Below, piece after piece: positions 47,416 to 56,968 of a stretch of DNA of 64,000 nt. The DNA is taken from IMG/VR virus record IMGVR_UViG_3300032303_002515, positions 26,840 through 90,839 of that record. One strand, 5' to 3'. The DNA is from a virus (lineage: Duplodnaviria > Caudoviricetes). Made by a program: the position numbers and the translations under genes. The notes beneath the pieces are model-generated. The model was not told the origin of the DNA. It made no database searches and saw nothing but the letters and a program-made list of their open reading frames with translations. Position 1 is the stretch's first letter. Each line of letters starts with the position of its first letter.

Positions 47416-48345
47416 CTACCTCATGCTTGCATACGTTCGTGCTAAACCTTCATCCAGGCTAATCGCTGGCTTCCAGCCTAACAAGTCGTTGGCTCTCTGC
47501 GCATTAACTGACCTTCGTGGCTGACCATCTGGTTTTGACCTATCCCAAACGATTCTTCCTGTATAGCCGACGATTCCCCTGATTTTTTCTGCCAGGTCGG
47601 CAATGGAAATCTCCTCTCCGCGACCAAGGTTGAGCGGCAAATCAGAAGAATATTGGGCAGCCGCCCTGGAAATTGCTTCTGCGGCATCGTCAACGTAGAG
47701 GAATTCCCTGCTTGCAGAGCCAGAGCCCCAAAGGGAAACTTCTTCTACGCCGTTCTGCTTGGCATCAATAAACTTTCGCATAATGGCTGGGATAACGTGC
47801 GACGTTTCCGGGTTGTCGTTGTCCATGGGCCCGTAAAGATTAGTCGGGATAAGGTAGATAATATTGCTACCGTACTGCTGCCGGTACGCCTGAGCCTGAA
47901 CCAACAGCAGCTTCTTTGCCACGCCATACGGAGCGTTGGTTTCCTCTGGATACCCGTTCCAAATGTCTTCTTCTTTAAACGGCGGCGTGGCGTACTTAGG
48001 GTATGAGCACACCGTTCCAACCAGCACCACTTTCTCCACGGTGGGGAACTTGCGCGCCTCTTCAATAACGTTTAGGCCCATCATTGCGTTGGCATATAGG
48101 AATCGACCAGGCGATTTCATATTGGCGCCAATTCCGCCAACCTCGGCGGCAGCATGGATGATAATGTCTGGAAGAAACTCGCTAATCATTTCTTCAGTTT
48201 CTTTTTGGCTAGTCAGGTCCCACTCGTAGCTTCTTGGGACAATGACATCCTCTGGATTGCGCAGGCTTAGGCGATCCACAATCTTGCGCCCCAGGAATCC
48301 AGCTCCACCAGTAACAAGAACTCGTTTACCGCTGACCTGGTTCAC
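47416..48345 (-). CDS. fcl: GDP-L-fucose synthase
   Basis: [72 protein letters not shown]. Confidence 0.92.
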   Translation of the reverse strand: MNQVSGKRVLVTGGAGFLGRKIVDRLSLRNPEDVIVPRSYEWDLTSQKETEEMISEFLPDIIIHAAAEVGGIGANMKSPGRFLYANAMMGLNVIEEARKFPTVEKVVLVGTVCSYPKYATPPFKEEDIWNGYPEETNAPYGVAKKLLLVQAQAYRQQYGSNIIYLIPTNLYGPMDNDNPETSHVIPAIMRKFIDAKQNGVEEVSLWGSGSASREFLYVDDAAEAISRAAAQYSSDLPLNLGRGEEISIADLAEKIRGIVGYTGRIVWDRSKPDGQPRRSVNAQRANDLLGWKPAISLDEGLARTYASMR

Positions 48346-49331
48346 TTGATTGTCTCCATGTCTGCGTCAATCATTATCTTTACCAGCTCTTTGAACTTTA
48401 CTTTTGGCTCCCATCCAAGGATGCTCTTGGCGCGCGTTGCGTCACCGAGGAGTTGGTCAACCTCCGCTGGTCGGTAGTACCGCTCATCTGTTCGTACATA
48501 CTTGTTCCAATCGAGCCCAACGTAGTCAAATGCTTCCTGCACAAACTCCCGAACAGTGTGCATCTCCCCTGTTGCAATGACGTAGTCTCCTGGCTTCTCT
48601 TGCTGAAGAATGAGCCACATGGCTTCAACGTATTCCGGTGCGTACCCCCAGTCCCTTTTGGCGTCTAGGTTTCCCAGCACCAGTTCGTGCCTTCGCCCGC
48701 GTACAATTTCCGTAACTGCCCGCGTAATTTTATGCGTGACAAAGGTGTTGCCCCGCCGTGGTGACTCATGGTTAAACAAGATGCCGTTTGATGCGTGCAG
48801 CAGGTAGGCGTTCCGGTACAGCTGCACCATGTTGTGGGCATAGACTTTCGACATGGCATACGGGCTTTGAGGGTTGAATGGGGTTGACTCCCGCTGTGGC
48901 ACTTCTAGCACCTTGCCAAACATCTCGCTGCTGCCTGCTTGATAGTACCGAATGCCGCCTGACGAGCTTCGGATAGCCTCTAAAATGCGCAAAGAGCCAA
49001 GGGCATCAACCTGCGTCGTGAACTCTGGGATCTCAAAGCTTACCTTGACATGGCTCTGGGCAGCAAGATTGTAAATTTCATCTGGTCGAGTTTTAGCAAT
49101 GACGCTGTTGACAGAGCTACCATCGGTCACGTCGCCGTAATGCAAGGCAAATGGAATGTCTCCTTGCTCAATCAAATGATCTATCCTGCCAGTGTTAAAG
49201 CTGGAGGCGCGGCGAATGACGCCATGGACCTCGTACCCCTTGCCAAGTAATAGCTCGGCAAGGTACGATCCGTCCTGGCCAGTAATGCCAAAGATCAAGG
49301 CTCGCTTTCCCATGCGGGGGAGTATACACAA
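48342..49331 (-). CDS. gmd: GDP-mannose 4,6-dehydratase
   Basis: [66 protein letters not shown]. Confidence 0.95.
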   Translation of the reverse strand: MCILPRMGKRALIFGITGQDGSYLAELLLGKGYEVHGVIRRASSFNTGRIDHLIEQGDIPFALHYGDVTDGSSVNSVIAKTRPDEIYNLAAQSHVKVSFEIPEFTTQVDALGSLRILEAIRSSSGGIRYYQAGSSEMFGKVLEVPQRESTPFNPQSPYAMSKVYAHNMVQLYRNAYLLHASNGILFNHESPRRGNTFVTHKITRAVTEIVRGRRHELVLGNLDAKRDWGYAPEYVEAMWLILQQEKPGDYVIATGEMHTVREFVQEAFDYVGLDWNKYVRTDERYYRPAEVDQLLGDATRAKSILGWEPKVKFKELVKIMIDADMETIK

Positions 49332-49383
49332 CGCCTAACAGGCTAAACACAAAAGTAAAGCAACACAAAAACTGCGAGGGTCA

Positions 49384-49542
49384 ATGCAAGACGATTCCAC
49401 ACCACAGAACGAAGCTGAGATTACAATAGACCCAGAACAGGTTATACTGACTTGTCTGAACTGCGGGGCGAAAATGAGCCAACGAGCCTGCAAGTTGATT
49501 TGTGAATGCGGCTATTACGCGTCCTGTTCAGATTATTATTAA
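49384..49542 (+). CDS. Small zinc-ribbon protein, 52 aa (not in ORF track)
   Basis: CLNCGA...CKLICECGYYASCSDYY. Confidence 0.6.
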   Translation: MQDDSTPQNEAEITIDPEQVILTCLNCGAKMSQRACKLICECGYYASCSDYY

Positions 49543-49551
49543 AGGAGTTAT

Positions 49552-50106
49552 ATGGTAGCGGATCTAACGATCATTACGGCAACCATCAATGGCCGCGAGG
49601 AGCTTTTCGAGCGCGCGGTTGCTTCAGTGCGCAATCAATCCCTCATGCCCCGCGCCCACTTGCAAATGCTTGACGGCGAGCGAAAAGGTGGTGCAATTAC
49701 TAAGAATCGGTTGATCGATTTTGCCGATACTGAATGGCTGATGATTCTAGACGACGACGACACACTTCTTCCGAACCACATTGAGGCGCTTTACAGTCGG
49801 CGCGACGAAGCAGACATTATTTACTCTTATGCAGATGGCGACAATCGATACAACCGACCGTTTAGCCCAGAAGGCTTGATGGCAGAATCAATTGTTTCCC
49901 ACACAGCGCTATTCCGCCGCTCCATGTTTTACGACCTTGGCCGGTTTGAGGAGAAGCCTGGGTACGACTGGCTGCTGTGGAAGAAAGCACACACGCACGG
50001 CTACACTTTCTTGTCCATCCCCGACATTACTTGGCACTACGACCTTGCCCCTGGGCGGCCACACGAAAGCCTTGGGGGGTTGCCATGGGCGGCTGGGACA
50101 GATTAG
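49552..50106 (+). CDS. Glycosyltransferase family 2-like
   Basis: TIITATI...WLMILDDDD...YDWLLW; AAGGAG RBS. Confidence 0.75.
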   Translation: MVADLTIITATINGREELFERAVASVRNQSLMPRAHLQMLDGERKGGAITKNRLIDFADTEWLMILDDDDTLLPNHIEALYSRRDEADIIYSYADGDNRYNRPFSPEGLMAESIVSHTALFRRSMFYDLGRFEEKPGYDWLLWKKAHTHGYTFLSIPDITWHYDLAPGRPHESLGGLPWAAGTD

Positions 50107-50717
50107 TTATTCTTTCTGCTGGTAAAGCCACTAGGCTAGAAGGAAAGAACAAACTGCTTGTTGAAGCAGACGGCATACCCGTGCATGAGTGGCATCGCCG
50201 AGCCAGGCAAAGCCTTATTACTGACGTTGTTGTTCACGAGCGTGACTGGCTTGCCGTCAATGCTGCCGTTGAGCGTTGGGTTTCTCGCGTAATGTTGCAT
50301 GACGAGTACGATGGCCCAGGCGGAGCACTCCGTCGTTATGTAAACGATACGTGGCACGAAGGCGGACTAGTTGTTCTTTTTGCCGACACGCTGCTGACCC
50401 ACATACCCGCGAACACTGGGTCGTGGGCTGGGGTTGCCCCTGGCCCCTGGAGAGTGTGGGACTACCCAGACCCATACAAAGGATGGAATCGCGGTGAGCC
50501 GCAATTTAATGTGTGCTGCGGGGTCTATAGATTTAACGATATAGACAAGCTCCGAGCGGCGTTCCGGCGGCTGCCAATCGGAGACCCCCTTGACATGGTG
50601 GATGTGCTCAACATGTATGAGACAATAGAGCGGGTTGAATTACTGGATGTGAAAGGCTGGCAAGACGCCGGCGATCCAGTTGCCCTAAGCCGAGTCAAAA
50701 ACCCTTGGAGTAAATAA
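50085..50717 (+). CDS. Sugar-phosphate nucleotidyltransferase-like protein
   Basis: ILSAGKATRL...K signature, LFADTL, WQDAGDP. Confidence 0.7.
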   Translation: MGGWDRLVILSAGKATRLEGKNKLLVEADGIPVHEWHRRARQSLITDVVVHERDWLAVNAAVERWVSRVMLHDEYDGPGGALRRYVNDTWHEGGLVVLFADTLLTHIPANTGSWAGVAPGPWRVWDYPDPYKGWNRGEPQFNVCCGVYRFNDIDKLRAAFRRLPIGDPLDMVDVLNMYETIERVELLDVKGWQDAGDPVALSRVKNPWSK

Positions 50718-51463
50718 TGTCTTATGCTCTTGCCAATATCCCGCCAGTTTCCTGTTACGTGCGCAAAGAATACCTGCGCGACCTGCAGGACGGCCACGGG
50801 GAATTCACCCCAGCATATTGGGTCACCGTTAAGGCCATCCGCCACCGTGCCTTGTATATTGAGGCGTTCTTGCCAGAGTATGGTGCCCTCTACGATAAGC
50901 TTCCCCTGAGCGCTTACGTGTGGAAACCAGAAACTCCTAAACTCGACCTACCCCTTGGAGACCTGCAGCTTTGGGATGCCAACTCCCCACAAATGAGTGT
51001 CATTGAAAAAGCGGTTTTAAAAAACATGCGGTGCAAATACCGAACATCGGCAGGAATTTGGAACGAGGGTCACTACATGTTTACAGTTGACATGGTTCAT
51101 AGCGACCCAAATGAGATTGACGCAAATTGGGCAAGGCTGCCAGCAGAGCATAAGTCGTATAACTTTATCCGCTTGGACAATGGGCAGTTTGCCGCCCAGC
51201 CAAACAACAGAGTGCTGTGGCTAGACGAAGCGCTTGTCTACAAGGAAACCAAGATGCCGGACTTTAAGGTTTCCACAAAGGAGTTCTCAGCGGAGGGGGG
51301 TCGGTGGAAACTTGGTGATAGCGATGCCTGGGGCTACGACAACCAAGACAAGAAAGCTGAAATTAAATTTGTTCAGCCAATTGATCAGGACCCAATTAAG
51401 GCCATGGCAAAAACGTTAGGTGCCATGAAGAAAAATTTGCGCACGGGGTCGATTTCTGATTAG
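50717..51463 (+). CDS. Conserved phage hypothetical protein
   Basis: 248-aa ORF, TAATG-coupled; no function recognised. Confidence 0.65.
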   Translation: MSYALANIPPVSCYVRKEYLRDLQDGHGEFTPAYWVTVKAIRHRALYIEAFLPEYGALYDKLPLSAYVWKPETPKLDLPLGDLQLWDANSPQMSVIEKAVLKNMRCKYRTSAGIWNEGHYMFTVDMVHSDPNEIDANWARLPAEHKSYNFIRLDNGQFAAQPNNRVLWLDEALVYKETKMPDFKVSTKEFSAEGGRWKLGDSDAWGYDNQDKKAEIKFVQPIDQDPIKAMAKTLGAMKKNLRTGSISD

Positions 51464-51527
51464 TGCCGTCGAGCAGGAAAGGAGTTAACTACCCGACGGC
51501 TATTTGATTATACGGAAATTCGTACCA

Positions 51528-51806
51528 TTATTGGTGGCTGCAGCAATTTCCTTCACTGCAACCAATGCATGCGCACAAGAAACAATCAACCTGGTAGGGC
51601 GGATTCATTTCCTTTCGCATATCTGCGTGGGCACTATTAAAGCAATGCTCGCCGCTGGCGTTGCCGCACTCGCACTCCAGATACTTTGCGGCATAAATTG
51701 CAAGTAGTGGGCGCAGATTACCGTCTTTAAACGACTGGTACGCCTGCTCCAGGGACATGCTCTCTACCCTGTGTGCTTCCATGCCAGCCTCCAATGCTCC
51801 CCACAT
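51528..51806 (-). CDS. Cys-rich hypothetical protein
   Basis: CECG...HCF...CFLCACIGC. Confidence 0.5.
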   Translation of the reverse strand: MWGALEAGMEAHRVESMSLEQAYQSFKDGNLRPLLAIYAAKYLECECGNASGEHCFNSAHADMRKEMNPPYQVDCFLCACIGCSEGNCCSHQ

Positions 51807-51807
51807 G

Positions 51808-52110
51808 TCACTTAGTCTTTTTCATGTGTTCCGCATGGAGATTGATGCGGCACGCAGCAATAGCCTGATACATGTTATTTCCGCGACCGTAAGCACGGTT
51901 ATAGAGCTGTGGTTCGTGGCCGTTTTCCGCGTACGAAATATAGTCGGCGTTTTCCTCTACCACGGAGCATGACCAAACGCCATCTTGGTTTTGCTCAATA
52001 AGCCAAACGCGCTCGCCGTTCTTTAGCTCCTTGTTAAGCCGCATAAGCGCATCGTTAATGCACTCTGGCTCGTTGCAGCGGTTTACGCTTTCAATACTCA
52101 CGCTACTCAC
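51808..52110 (-). CDS. Hypothetical protein
   Basis: GTG start after GGAAAGGAA; in operon. Confidence 0.5.
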   Translation of the reverse strand: MSSVSIESVNRCNEPECINDALMRLNKELKNGERVWLIEQNQDGVWSCSVVEENADYISYAENGHEPQLYNRAYGRGNNMYQAIAACRINLHAEHMKKTK

Positions 52111-52363
52111 CTTCCTTTCCTGACCACGCCGCCTTGTGGCCCTGTGGAGTAATAACAATACTACGGGCAATCTGCTTCCGCCGCGTTACCCAGCCGTTGC
52201 GCTCCATGGCTGCAAGCGCACGTTGCACGGTGCTCCTGCCGCAATCCAACTGGTCGCAGAGTTCCGTAATAGTCGGGGACTGGTTCCACCGCTCAACATA
52301 ATTGCGAATCTCTCGCAGCACTTCCTGCACCTGCGGTGCCCCCTCTGGCCTTCGTGCCCTCAT
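52103..52363 (-). CDS. LexA-like winged-HTH repressor (DNA-binding domain only)
   Basis: VLREIRNYV...SPTITELCDQL...STVQRALAAMERNGWVTR...ARSIVI. Confidence 0.75.
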   Translation of the reverse strand: MRARRPEGAPQVQEVLREIRNYVERWNQSPTITELCDQLDCGRSTVQRALAAMERNGWVTRRKQIARSIVITPQGHKAAWSGKEGE

Positions 52364-52438
52364 GTTGCGCTCCTTTCCGCTATGCCCGCCCAAAATTTTT
52401 TGAGAGGTCTTTTAGTTTAATGGTACAACTATACCATA

Positions 52439-52693
52439 CTACACTGCGTTCTTTTTCCCCTTTAGCTGACGCCTGTAGGCCTTCTTGCGCGCCCGTTCGT
52501 TTTCGGCAAGCCTGCGTTGCTCTTGCTCCGCCTTGGGCAGTGCAGCAAATCGCTCCTTTGCCTTTCGCTTATGTGCTTGACGCGCCTCAAACTGGCAGGC
52601 AAGGCAGTTCAGCGCGTTTGGCTTGTAAAACTCCGCGTCATTTGGCCAGCTCTCATTGCAACGGCGGCAAATCTTTTCTTTCATTACTCCCAA
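52439..52693 (-). CDS. Zinc-finger protein (paralog A)
   Basis: CRRCNESWPNDAEFY...CLACQFE then basic helix. Confidence 0.6.
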   Translation of the reverse strand: MGVMKEKICRRCNESWPNDAEFYKPNALNCLACQFEARQAHKRKAKERFAALPKAEQEQRRLAENERARKKAYRRQLKGKKNAV

Positions 52694-53145
52694 AAGTCCC
52701 TATCCCAGTTATCCACAAGATCCATCTCTTGCGCAATACGCCACAGCGGCCACTCTGGATGCGCAGCGGCGATTCGCTCTGCAGCCATGCGGAATCCTGG
52801 TGCATTCTTACGGTCAGCGGCGGAATACGCCCACAGGCACTTTGCCGACCACGAATGATCCATCACCAAGTCCTGTCGCATACGGCGTCGCTCCATTGCG
52901 CGTTCCTCATGCTTAAACATCTTTTCCGTGAGCAGCTTTACCTTGTCGCTGTCGCCATTGGTGCGGTATTCGCTATAGGCTTCACTAGCGCGGGAGATCG
53001 CCTTGTTCCAAGAGCGCACCTCCTCATGCCCCATCTCGCCCCGTTCGATTTCCAACATTTTCGTGTAATACGTTAGGCGCCCATTGAGGAATCCCTCTAA
53101 TAGCCCGTTGGTATAAAACACGCCTGACTCGTTCTGATCGGTCAC
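52684..53145 (-). CDS. Hypothetical protein
   Basis: GTGA-coupled, AAGGAG RBS. Confidence 0.55.
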   Translation of the reverse strand: MTDQNESGVFYTNGLLEGFLNGRLTYYTKMLEIERGEMGHEEVRSWNKAISRASEAYSEYRTNGDSDKVKLLTEKMFKHEERAMERRRMRQDLVMDHSWSAKCLWAYSAADRKNAPGFRMAAERIAAAHPEWPLWRIAQEMDLVDNWDRDFWE

Positions 53146-53381
53146 GCAATGCTCCTTGCTGTGCACTGTGCGTCAAGCACATCGCCCTCCACGTTGTCGT
53201 GGCTTGGTAGCGGGTTTAGGTAGATCGCCACACCCATGCCGCACAGTTGGCAGGACGCCGTGCTGCGTGCATGAATGCCAATACCATTAATTGGGCTAAA
53301 CCGACCCATCTGGTGCTGCTTCTTCTTTGCTACGGCACGCGCGTGCTTTCGCAGGGGGGCCGCCTTAAATAGTGCTTTCAT
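53142..53381 (-). CDS. Small Cys/His hypothetical protein
   Basis: ATGA-coupled; H...CQLC...C. Confidence 0.5.
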   Translation of the reverse strand: MKALFKAAPLRKHARAVAKKKQHQMGRFSPINGIGIHARSTASCQLCGMGVAIYLNPLPSHDNVEGDVLDAQCTARSIA

Positions 53382-53581
53382 TTGGCTCCTTCTTTCTGAT
53401 GCTTTTCCCACGCCTTCTGGCGATTCTCGCCACAGGCCCTGCACAGCGGGACAGTGTCCCACTGGTCAATCCAAACGATCTCCGCAGGGACAAAGCACGA
53501 TGAGCACGGCGGACGATTTTTTCGGTGGGAGTCGAACCCACATAACGCCGTCTCAGGTGGCTCAATAATTATCGGGTTCAT
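53378..53581 (-). CDS. Small Cys-rich hypothetical protein
   Basis: CSSC...LCRAC; GGAAGGAG RBS. Confidence 0.5.
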   Translation of the reverse strand: MNPIIIEPPETALCGFDSHRKNRPPCSSCFVPAEIVWIDQWDTVPLCRACGENRQKAWEKHQKEGAK

Positions 53582-53704
53582 GCGCCGCTCCTTCCAACTA
53601 GTGCCCCGCTGAGTTATGGCAAACCGCAACACTTCCGAGCAAAGAGATCCCACATGGTCCTTCTTTTCCCGACGACATCGCTGTTTCCCAGCGGGGCAAA
53701 GCCC

Positions 53705-53733
53705 ATGGTACTCCTATATGAAACGCACGTCAA
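53705..53733 (-). promoter_or_regulatory. Sigma70-type promoter
   Basis: TTGACG-17-TACCAT downstream of tRNA pair. Confidence 0.55.
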
Positions 53734-53759
53734 GTGGGTTCTCCACGATCTCCACAATG

Positions 53760-53835
53760 TGGCGACCCCGGCAGGAGTCGAACCTGCGACCAACTGCTTA
53801 GAAGGCAGCTGCTCTATCCCCTGAGCTACGGGGCC
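53760..53835 (-). tRNA. tRNA-Arg (anticodon UCU), CCA encoded
   Basis: GGCCCCG..GCTC..GAGC-A-GCTGC-CT TCT AA-GCAGT..GCAGG-TTCGACT-CCTGC-CGGGGTC-G-CCA. Confidence 0.93.
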
Positions 53836-53836
53836 G

Positions 53837-53922
53837 TGGTACCGAAGGTGGGAGTCGAACCCACACGACCTTGCGGTCAGCCGATTTTAAGTCGGACGCG
53901 TCTGCCGTTCCGCCACTTCGGC
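53837..53922 (-). tRNA. tRNA-Leu (anticodon UAA), long variable arm, CCA encoded
   Basis: GCCGAAG..TCCGA-CT TAA AA-TCGGC..variable arm..GTGGG-TTCGACT-CCCAC-CTTCGGT-A-CCA. Confidence 0.93.
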
Positions 53923-54147
53923 TTAGGAGGTTGCTTTTTGTCGTTCTTTGTACGCCTTATTTTGTGCCAGTTTCCTGGCGCGGAGTTCAGGGTTTGCCTG
54001 CTCACGGGCCGTGCGCTCCAGGCGTTGTTCGTACTGGCAGGCTCGGCATATGGTGTCGGTTTTGCGCCAGTAGAACTCGGTATCAGGTGGCCAGTCCTCT
54101 TTGCAGCGTCGGCAGACCTTCCCGCCAGTGAGCAGATTTTCTGTCAT
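53923..54147 (-). CDS. Zinc-finger protein (paralog B)
   Basis: CRRCKEDWPPDTEFY...CRACQYE then basic helix. Confidence 0.6.
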   Translation of the reverse strand: MTENLLTGGKVCRRCKEDWPPDTEFYWRKTDTICRACQYEQRLERTAREQANPELRARKLAQNKAYKERQKATS

Positions 54148-54334
54148 TGGGTGACCTTTCTGCCTACGGGAGTGAGGTTAATCCTATCCACAATCCGTAC
54201 AGCAGGAGGAGAATACCAGACCCAACGATCAGACCTCCTACAATCTCCGCCAGTGGGCCTCGGGTTCGACCCGAAAACGCCGTAGGCGGTTGAGCCGTGA
54301 GGCGAGGGCCACGGTGCCGTGAGGCAGGCGCCAC

Positions 54335-54427
54335 TTACTCTTCGTCCTCAGGCTCACACCACCCACAGTAGTTATCATCGCCTACTGAGCCAGTAAACTC
54401 ATACCCACAGACGATACAGGCGCTCAT
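54335..54427 (-). CDS. 30-aa micro zinc-finger ORF (not in ORF track)
   Basis: MSACIVCGYEF...YCGWCEPEDEE; ATGA-coupled to upstream gene. Confidence 0.5.
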   Translation of the reverse strand: MSACIVCGYEFTGSVGDDNYCGWCEPEDEE

Positions 54428-55071
54428 GGCAGATACTCCACCGTAATCCAGTTGGTGTGCCACTGTCGCCCATCTGCATGCATCACGCCTCCTTGACCGT
54501 TATAGACTCGTCCTAGGGCTTCCCACGTCTCAGGACTCAGATCTACCAGTGGATGAATCTTCTTGTTGTCTACTACGGCATATCCTGTGCAGGCGCAGTA
54601 GTCAGCAATCCAGACTTCCACGGAGCGCCCAGACTCCAGCGAGGTGATGCGAAGCGTATGGGTAGGGATGGTGTGCCAGCGTGGCATCTGGTCTGCAATA
54701 ACCTTCCGTAGAACAGGACCAAGTGCGGCATACAAGTTATTGAGGGTGCTTGACCATGGTCGGACCAAGCTGCCATCGTGCCAAAAACAACCTGCAATCT
54801 TGGTACAGGCAGCAGAGGATGTATAGACCCAGGTGTTGGAATCGTCGTACCACGAACGTGCTTTTTCATAGGCATCGTAGGTGGTGGCATAACCCGTGAG
54901 GGTCACGGCGTCAGCCCAGGGATCAACGATGACGGACTCTGGGGTCTCATGTGCCCAGTCGTCTCGTTGGTTATACGGCAGTGCATGAATCGGTGTTCCT
55001 GTCGATACGCTTGTTGAGACTAGAACTGCTGTCCATACGGCGGTAAGAATCTTGGTGATCATTGCTGTCAC
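54424..55071 (-). CDS. Secreted RlpA-like double-psi beta-barrel protein
   Basis: Signal peptide; GYATTY...AALGP...LRITSLESGRSVEVWIADYCAC...VDLSPETWEALG. Confidence 0.65.
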   Translation of the reverse strand: MTAMITKILTAVWTAVLVSTSVSTGTPIHALPYNQRDDWAHETPESVIVDPWADAVTLTGYATTYDAYEKARSWYDDSNTWVYTSSAACTKIAGCFWHDGSLVRPWSSTLNNLYAALGPVLRKVIADQMPRWHTIPTHTLRITSLESGRSVEVWIADYCACTGYAVVDNKKIHPLVDLSPETWEALGRVYNGQGGVMHADGRQWHTNWITVEYLP

Positions 55072-55141
55072 CTCCTTCTGGTTGTAAGGGTACCACGTGC
55101 TTACAACGGCTTGTCAAGTGGTAGTTTTCTAAACGACCTGC

Positions 55142-55545
55142 GGGGGGTGGTGGTTATTTGTGGGGGAGAATGGGGTGAAGGGGGAAGGTACGGGGTTATG
55201 GGGGGAAGATGATAGAAAATTAGTAGGATTGGGGGTGGTCGGAAATGGCGCCAACCTGCCCCGCATTCAGACCTCTTAACAAAAACCCCACCCCAAGCTA
55301 CATAACCCAGTTATTATGCATAAAATATCCACAAACCCCTGTCAAGTTATGCATATATCCCAGTTATTCCGGGGTTATGACCCCTAGTTATGCCAGTTAT
55401 GGAGGTATTCCAGTTATGTTATGCAGAATATTGTAAAATATGCACGAGATATGCAGATATTTGGTGAATATTCGCAGAATAGTGCGAAATCTTTATAAAC
55501 AGGGGGTTGCGGGGTTATTTGGGGTGTGATAGGCTTGGGGTACCC
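55142..55545. repeat. Non-coding strand-switch region: G-run clusters and GTTAT iterons
   Basis: G4-G6 runs at 55162-55205 and 55502-55540; GTTAT at 55310, 55346, 55363, 55374, 55387, 55396, 55413, 55418 (also 55153, 55195, 55514). Confidence 0.8.
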
Positions 55546-55891
55546 CTTATGGGGTATAGATGGAAAGGAGTACCTCTCTATGACGGAGAACTTAGAGCAG
55601 GAGGGTCGTTCGGAAGACCCCGCGAAGTGTCCGAATAACAGCCGACACGGCTACCTCATCCCGTATGCCCTCGGTGGCTTCTATTGTGAGGAGTGCCGCG
55701 AGAAGCTGGAAGGAACCCGTGCGCGAGAGTCGTGGCGGTTTGCACGACCCCACGCTTGACAAGATAATACTGGCGGCTTTATGATGGGTCGGCAGGTCAA
55801 GAGATAGGAGGAAGTAATGGAAGTGTTCCGTTTTCTGGTTTGGCTGACCATTTGGATTGCGGTATTTGATTTGTTTGTATAGGAGGATGGA

Positions 55892-56218
55892 ATGACTTAC
55901 ATTCATAAGTGCTACATCACCCCCGAAGGGGAATGGGACGAAGCGGCTGGCGGTCTACCGATTGAGGTACTGGCAGTCGTTCCAGCAACGCTCCGTGGCA
56001 CGACTTTCAATAGTCGGAGCTTTTGGATTGCGTCGGATGCCGACATCCACGAGGATGCCGCTGGCGTGTCCGTCTCCTCAATTTATTGTTCGGGCTGCGA
56101 GAAGTTCGTTGTGGACTTCAACAGCGATTATGTGAACGGGCGCGACCTTGTCTCCGTGGAGGATGGTCTCCTTGACGGCGAGTTTGAGTCCGATGGAATT
56201 GTTTGGGTGGAGGAGTAA
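55892..56218 (+). CDS. Acidic hypothetical protein
   Basis: AGGAGG RBS, 108 aa. Confidence 0.7.
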   Translation: MTYIHKCYITPEGEWDEAAGGLPIEVLAVVPATLRGTTFNSRSFWIASDADIHEDAAGVSVSSIYCSGCEKFVVDFNSDYVNGRDLVSVEDGLLDGEFESDGIVWVEE

Positions 56219-56220
56219 TT

Positions 56221-56400
56221 ATGGCTCGCACATACCTAGTTAGTTTGCGCCTAGAGGTAGATGAGCGCGGAGACGACCCAGTCTATTGGGATTGGGCCAC
56301 TCTGCTCGATATGCCGTTCACGGGTGGTGTCGAGGTGCTCTACAGCGGCGAGCTGAAGGCACTTGACGAGATGACATCGCCTAATGTAGAGTCCGAGTAG
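56221..56400 (+). CDS. Small hypothetical protein
   Basis: GAGGAG RBS before ATG 56221. Confidence 0.6.
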   Translation: MARTYLVSLRLEVDERGDDPVYWDWATLLDMPFTGGVEVLYSGELKALDEMTSPNVESE

Positions 56401-56433
56401 CGGGTTTCCGTTGTTAGGTAAGTAGGAGGACAT

Positions 56434-56901
56434 ATGGGTCAGTACCACGGACTTTTCAATCTGGACAAGAAGGAGATGCTGTTCCCCCACGAACTTGGGT
56501 TCGGGGCAAAGCAGTGGGAGCATACGGGCTTCAGCGGCTCGCTCTCCGATGTGCTGTACGCGCTGACGGCGTTCAAGGATCGTCGGGGTGGCGGCGACTT
56601 CGCTGACGATGACGGCAGCTTCAAGGGGCGTTGGCACGGCGACCGCGTTGCGGTAGTTGGGGATTACGCCCAGTTCGGAGATTTGCCTGAGGCGTGGAAC
56701 GATGCCTTTGTAGAGATTACGGACTACAACGGCAATCGTGCGCAGGTATTCAATATGGTGCGCACGGCTGAGGACGGCACGGAGCCGTTCTTTCACAACA
56801 TTGCCGATGAGGTGCGCCCACATATCGCAACCCTCTGGGAGCGTGCGGCGGCTGACTTGGAAGCCCTTCGCAACAAGTATCCTGTGGCAGTGCGCGATTG
56901 A
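56434..56901 (+). CDS. Conserved phage hypothetical protein
   Basis: MGQYH...NLDKKE...GRWHGDRVAVVGDY pattern; AGGAGGACATATG. Confidence 0.75.
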   Translation: MGQYHGLFNLDKKEMLFPHELGFGAKQWEHTGFSGSLSDVLYALTAFKDRRGGGDFADDDGSFKGRWHGDRVAVVGDYAQFGDLPEAWNDAFVEITDYNGNRAQVFNMVRTAEDGTEPFFHNIADEVRPHIATLWERAAADLEALRNKYPVAVRD

Positions 56902-56968
56902 CAGGATGATACTGGGGTTGTATAGTCTCTTTGTGGGGGCTTCCCCAGATAGGTAATAGGAGGACACA

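Noticed and set aside
54253-54360. Fourth tRNA, tmRNA end or hammerhead ribozyme (TTCGA loop; CTGAGGA on minus strand)
   Set aside because: No acceptor/anticodon cloverleaf or CCA; CTGAGGA lies inside a micro-ORF and lacks a matching GAAA core.
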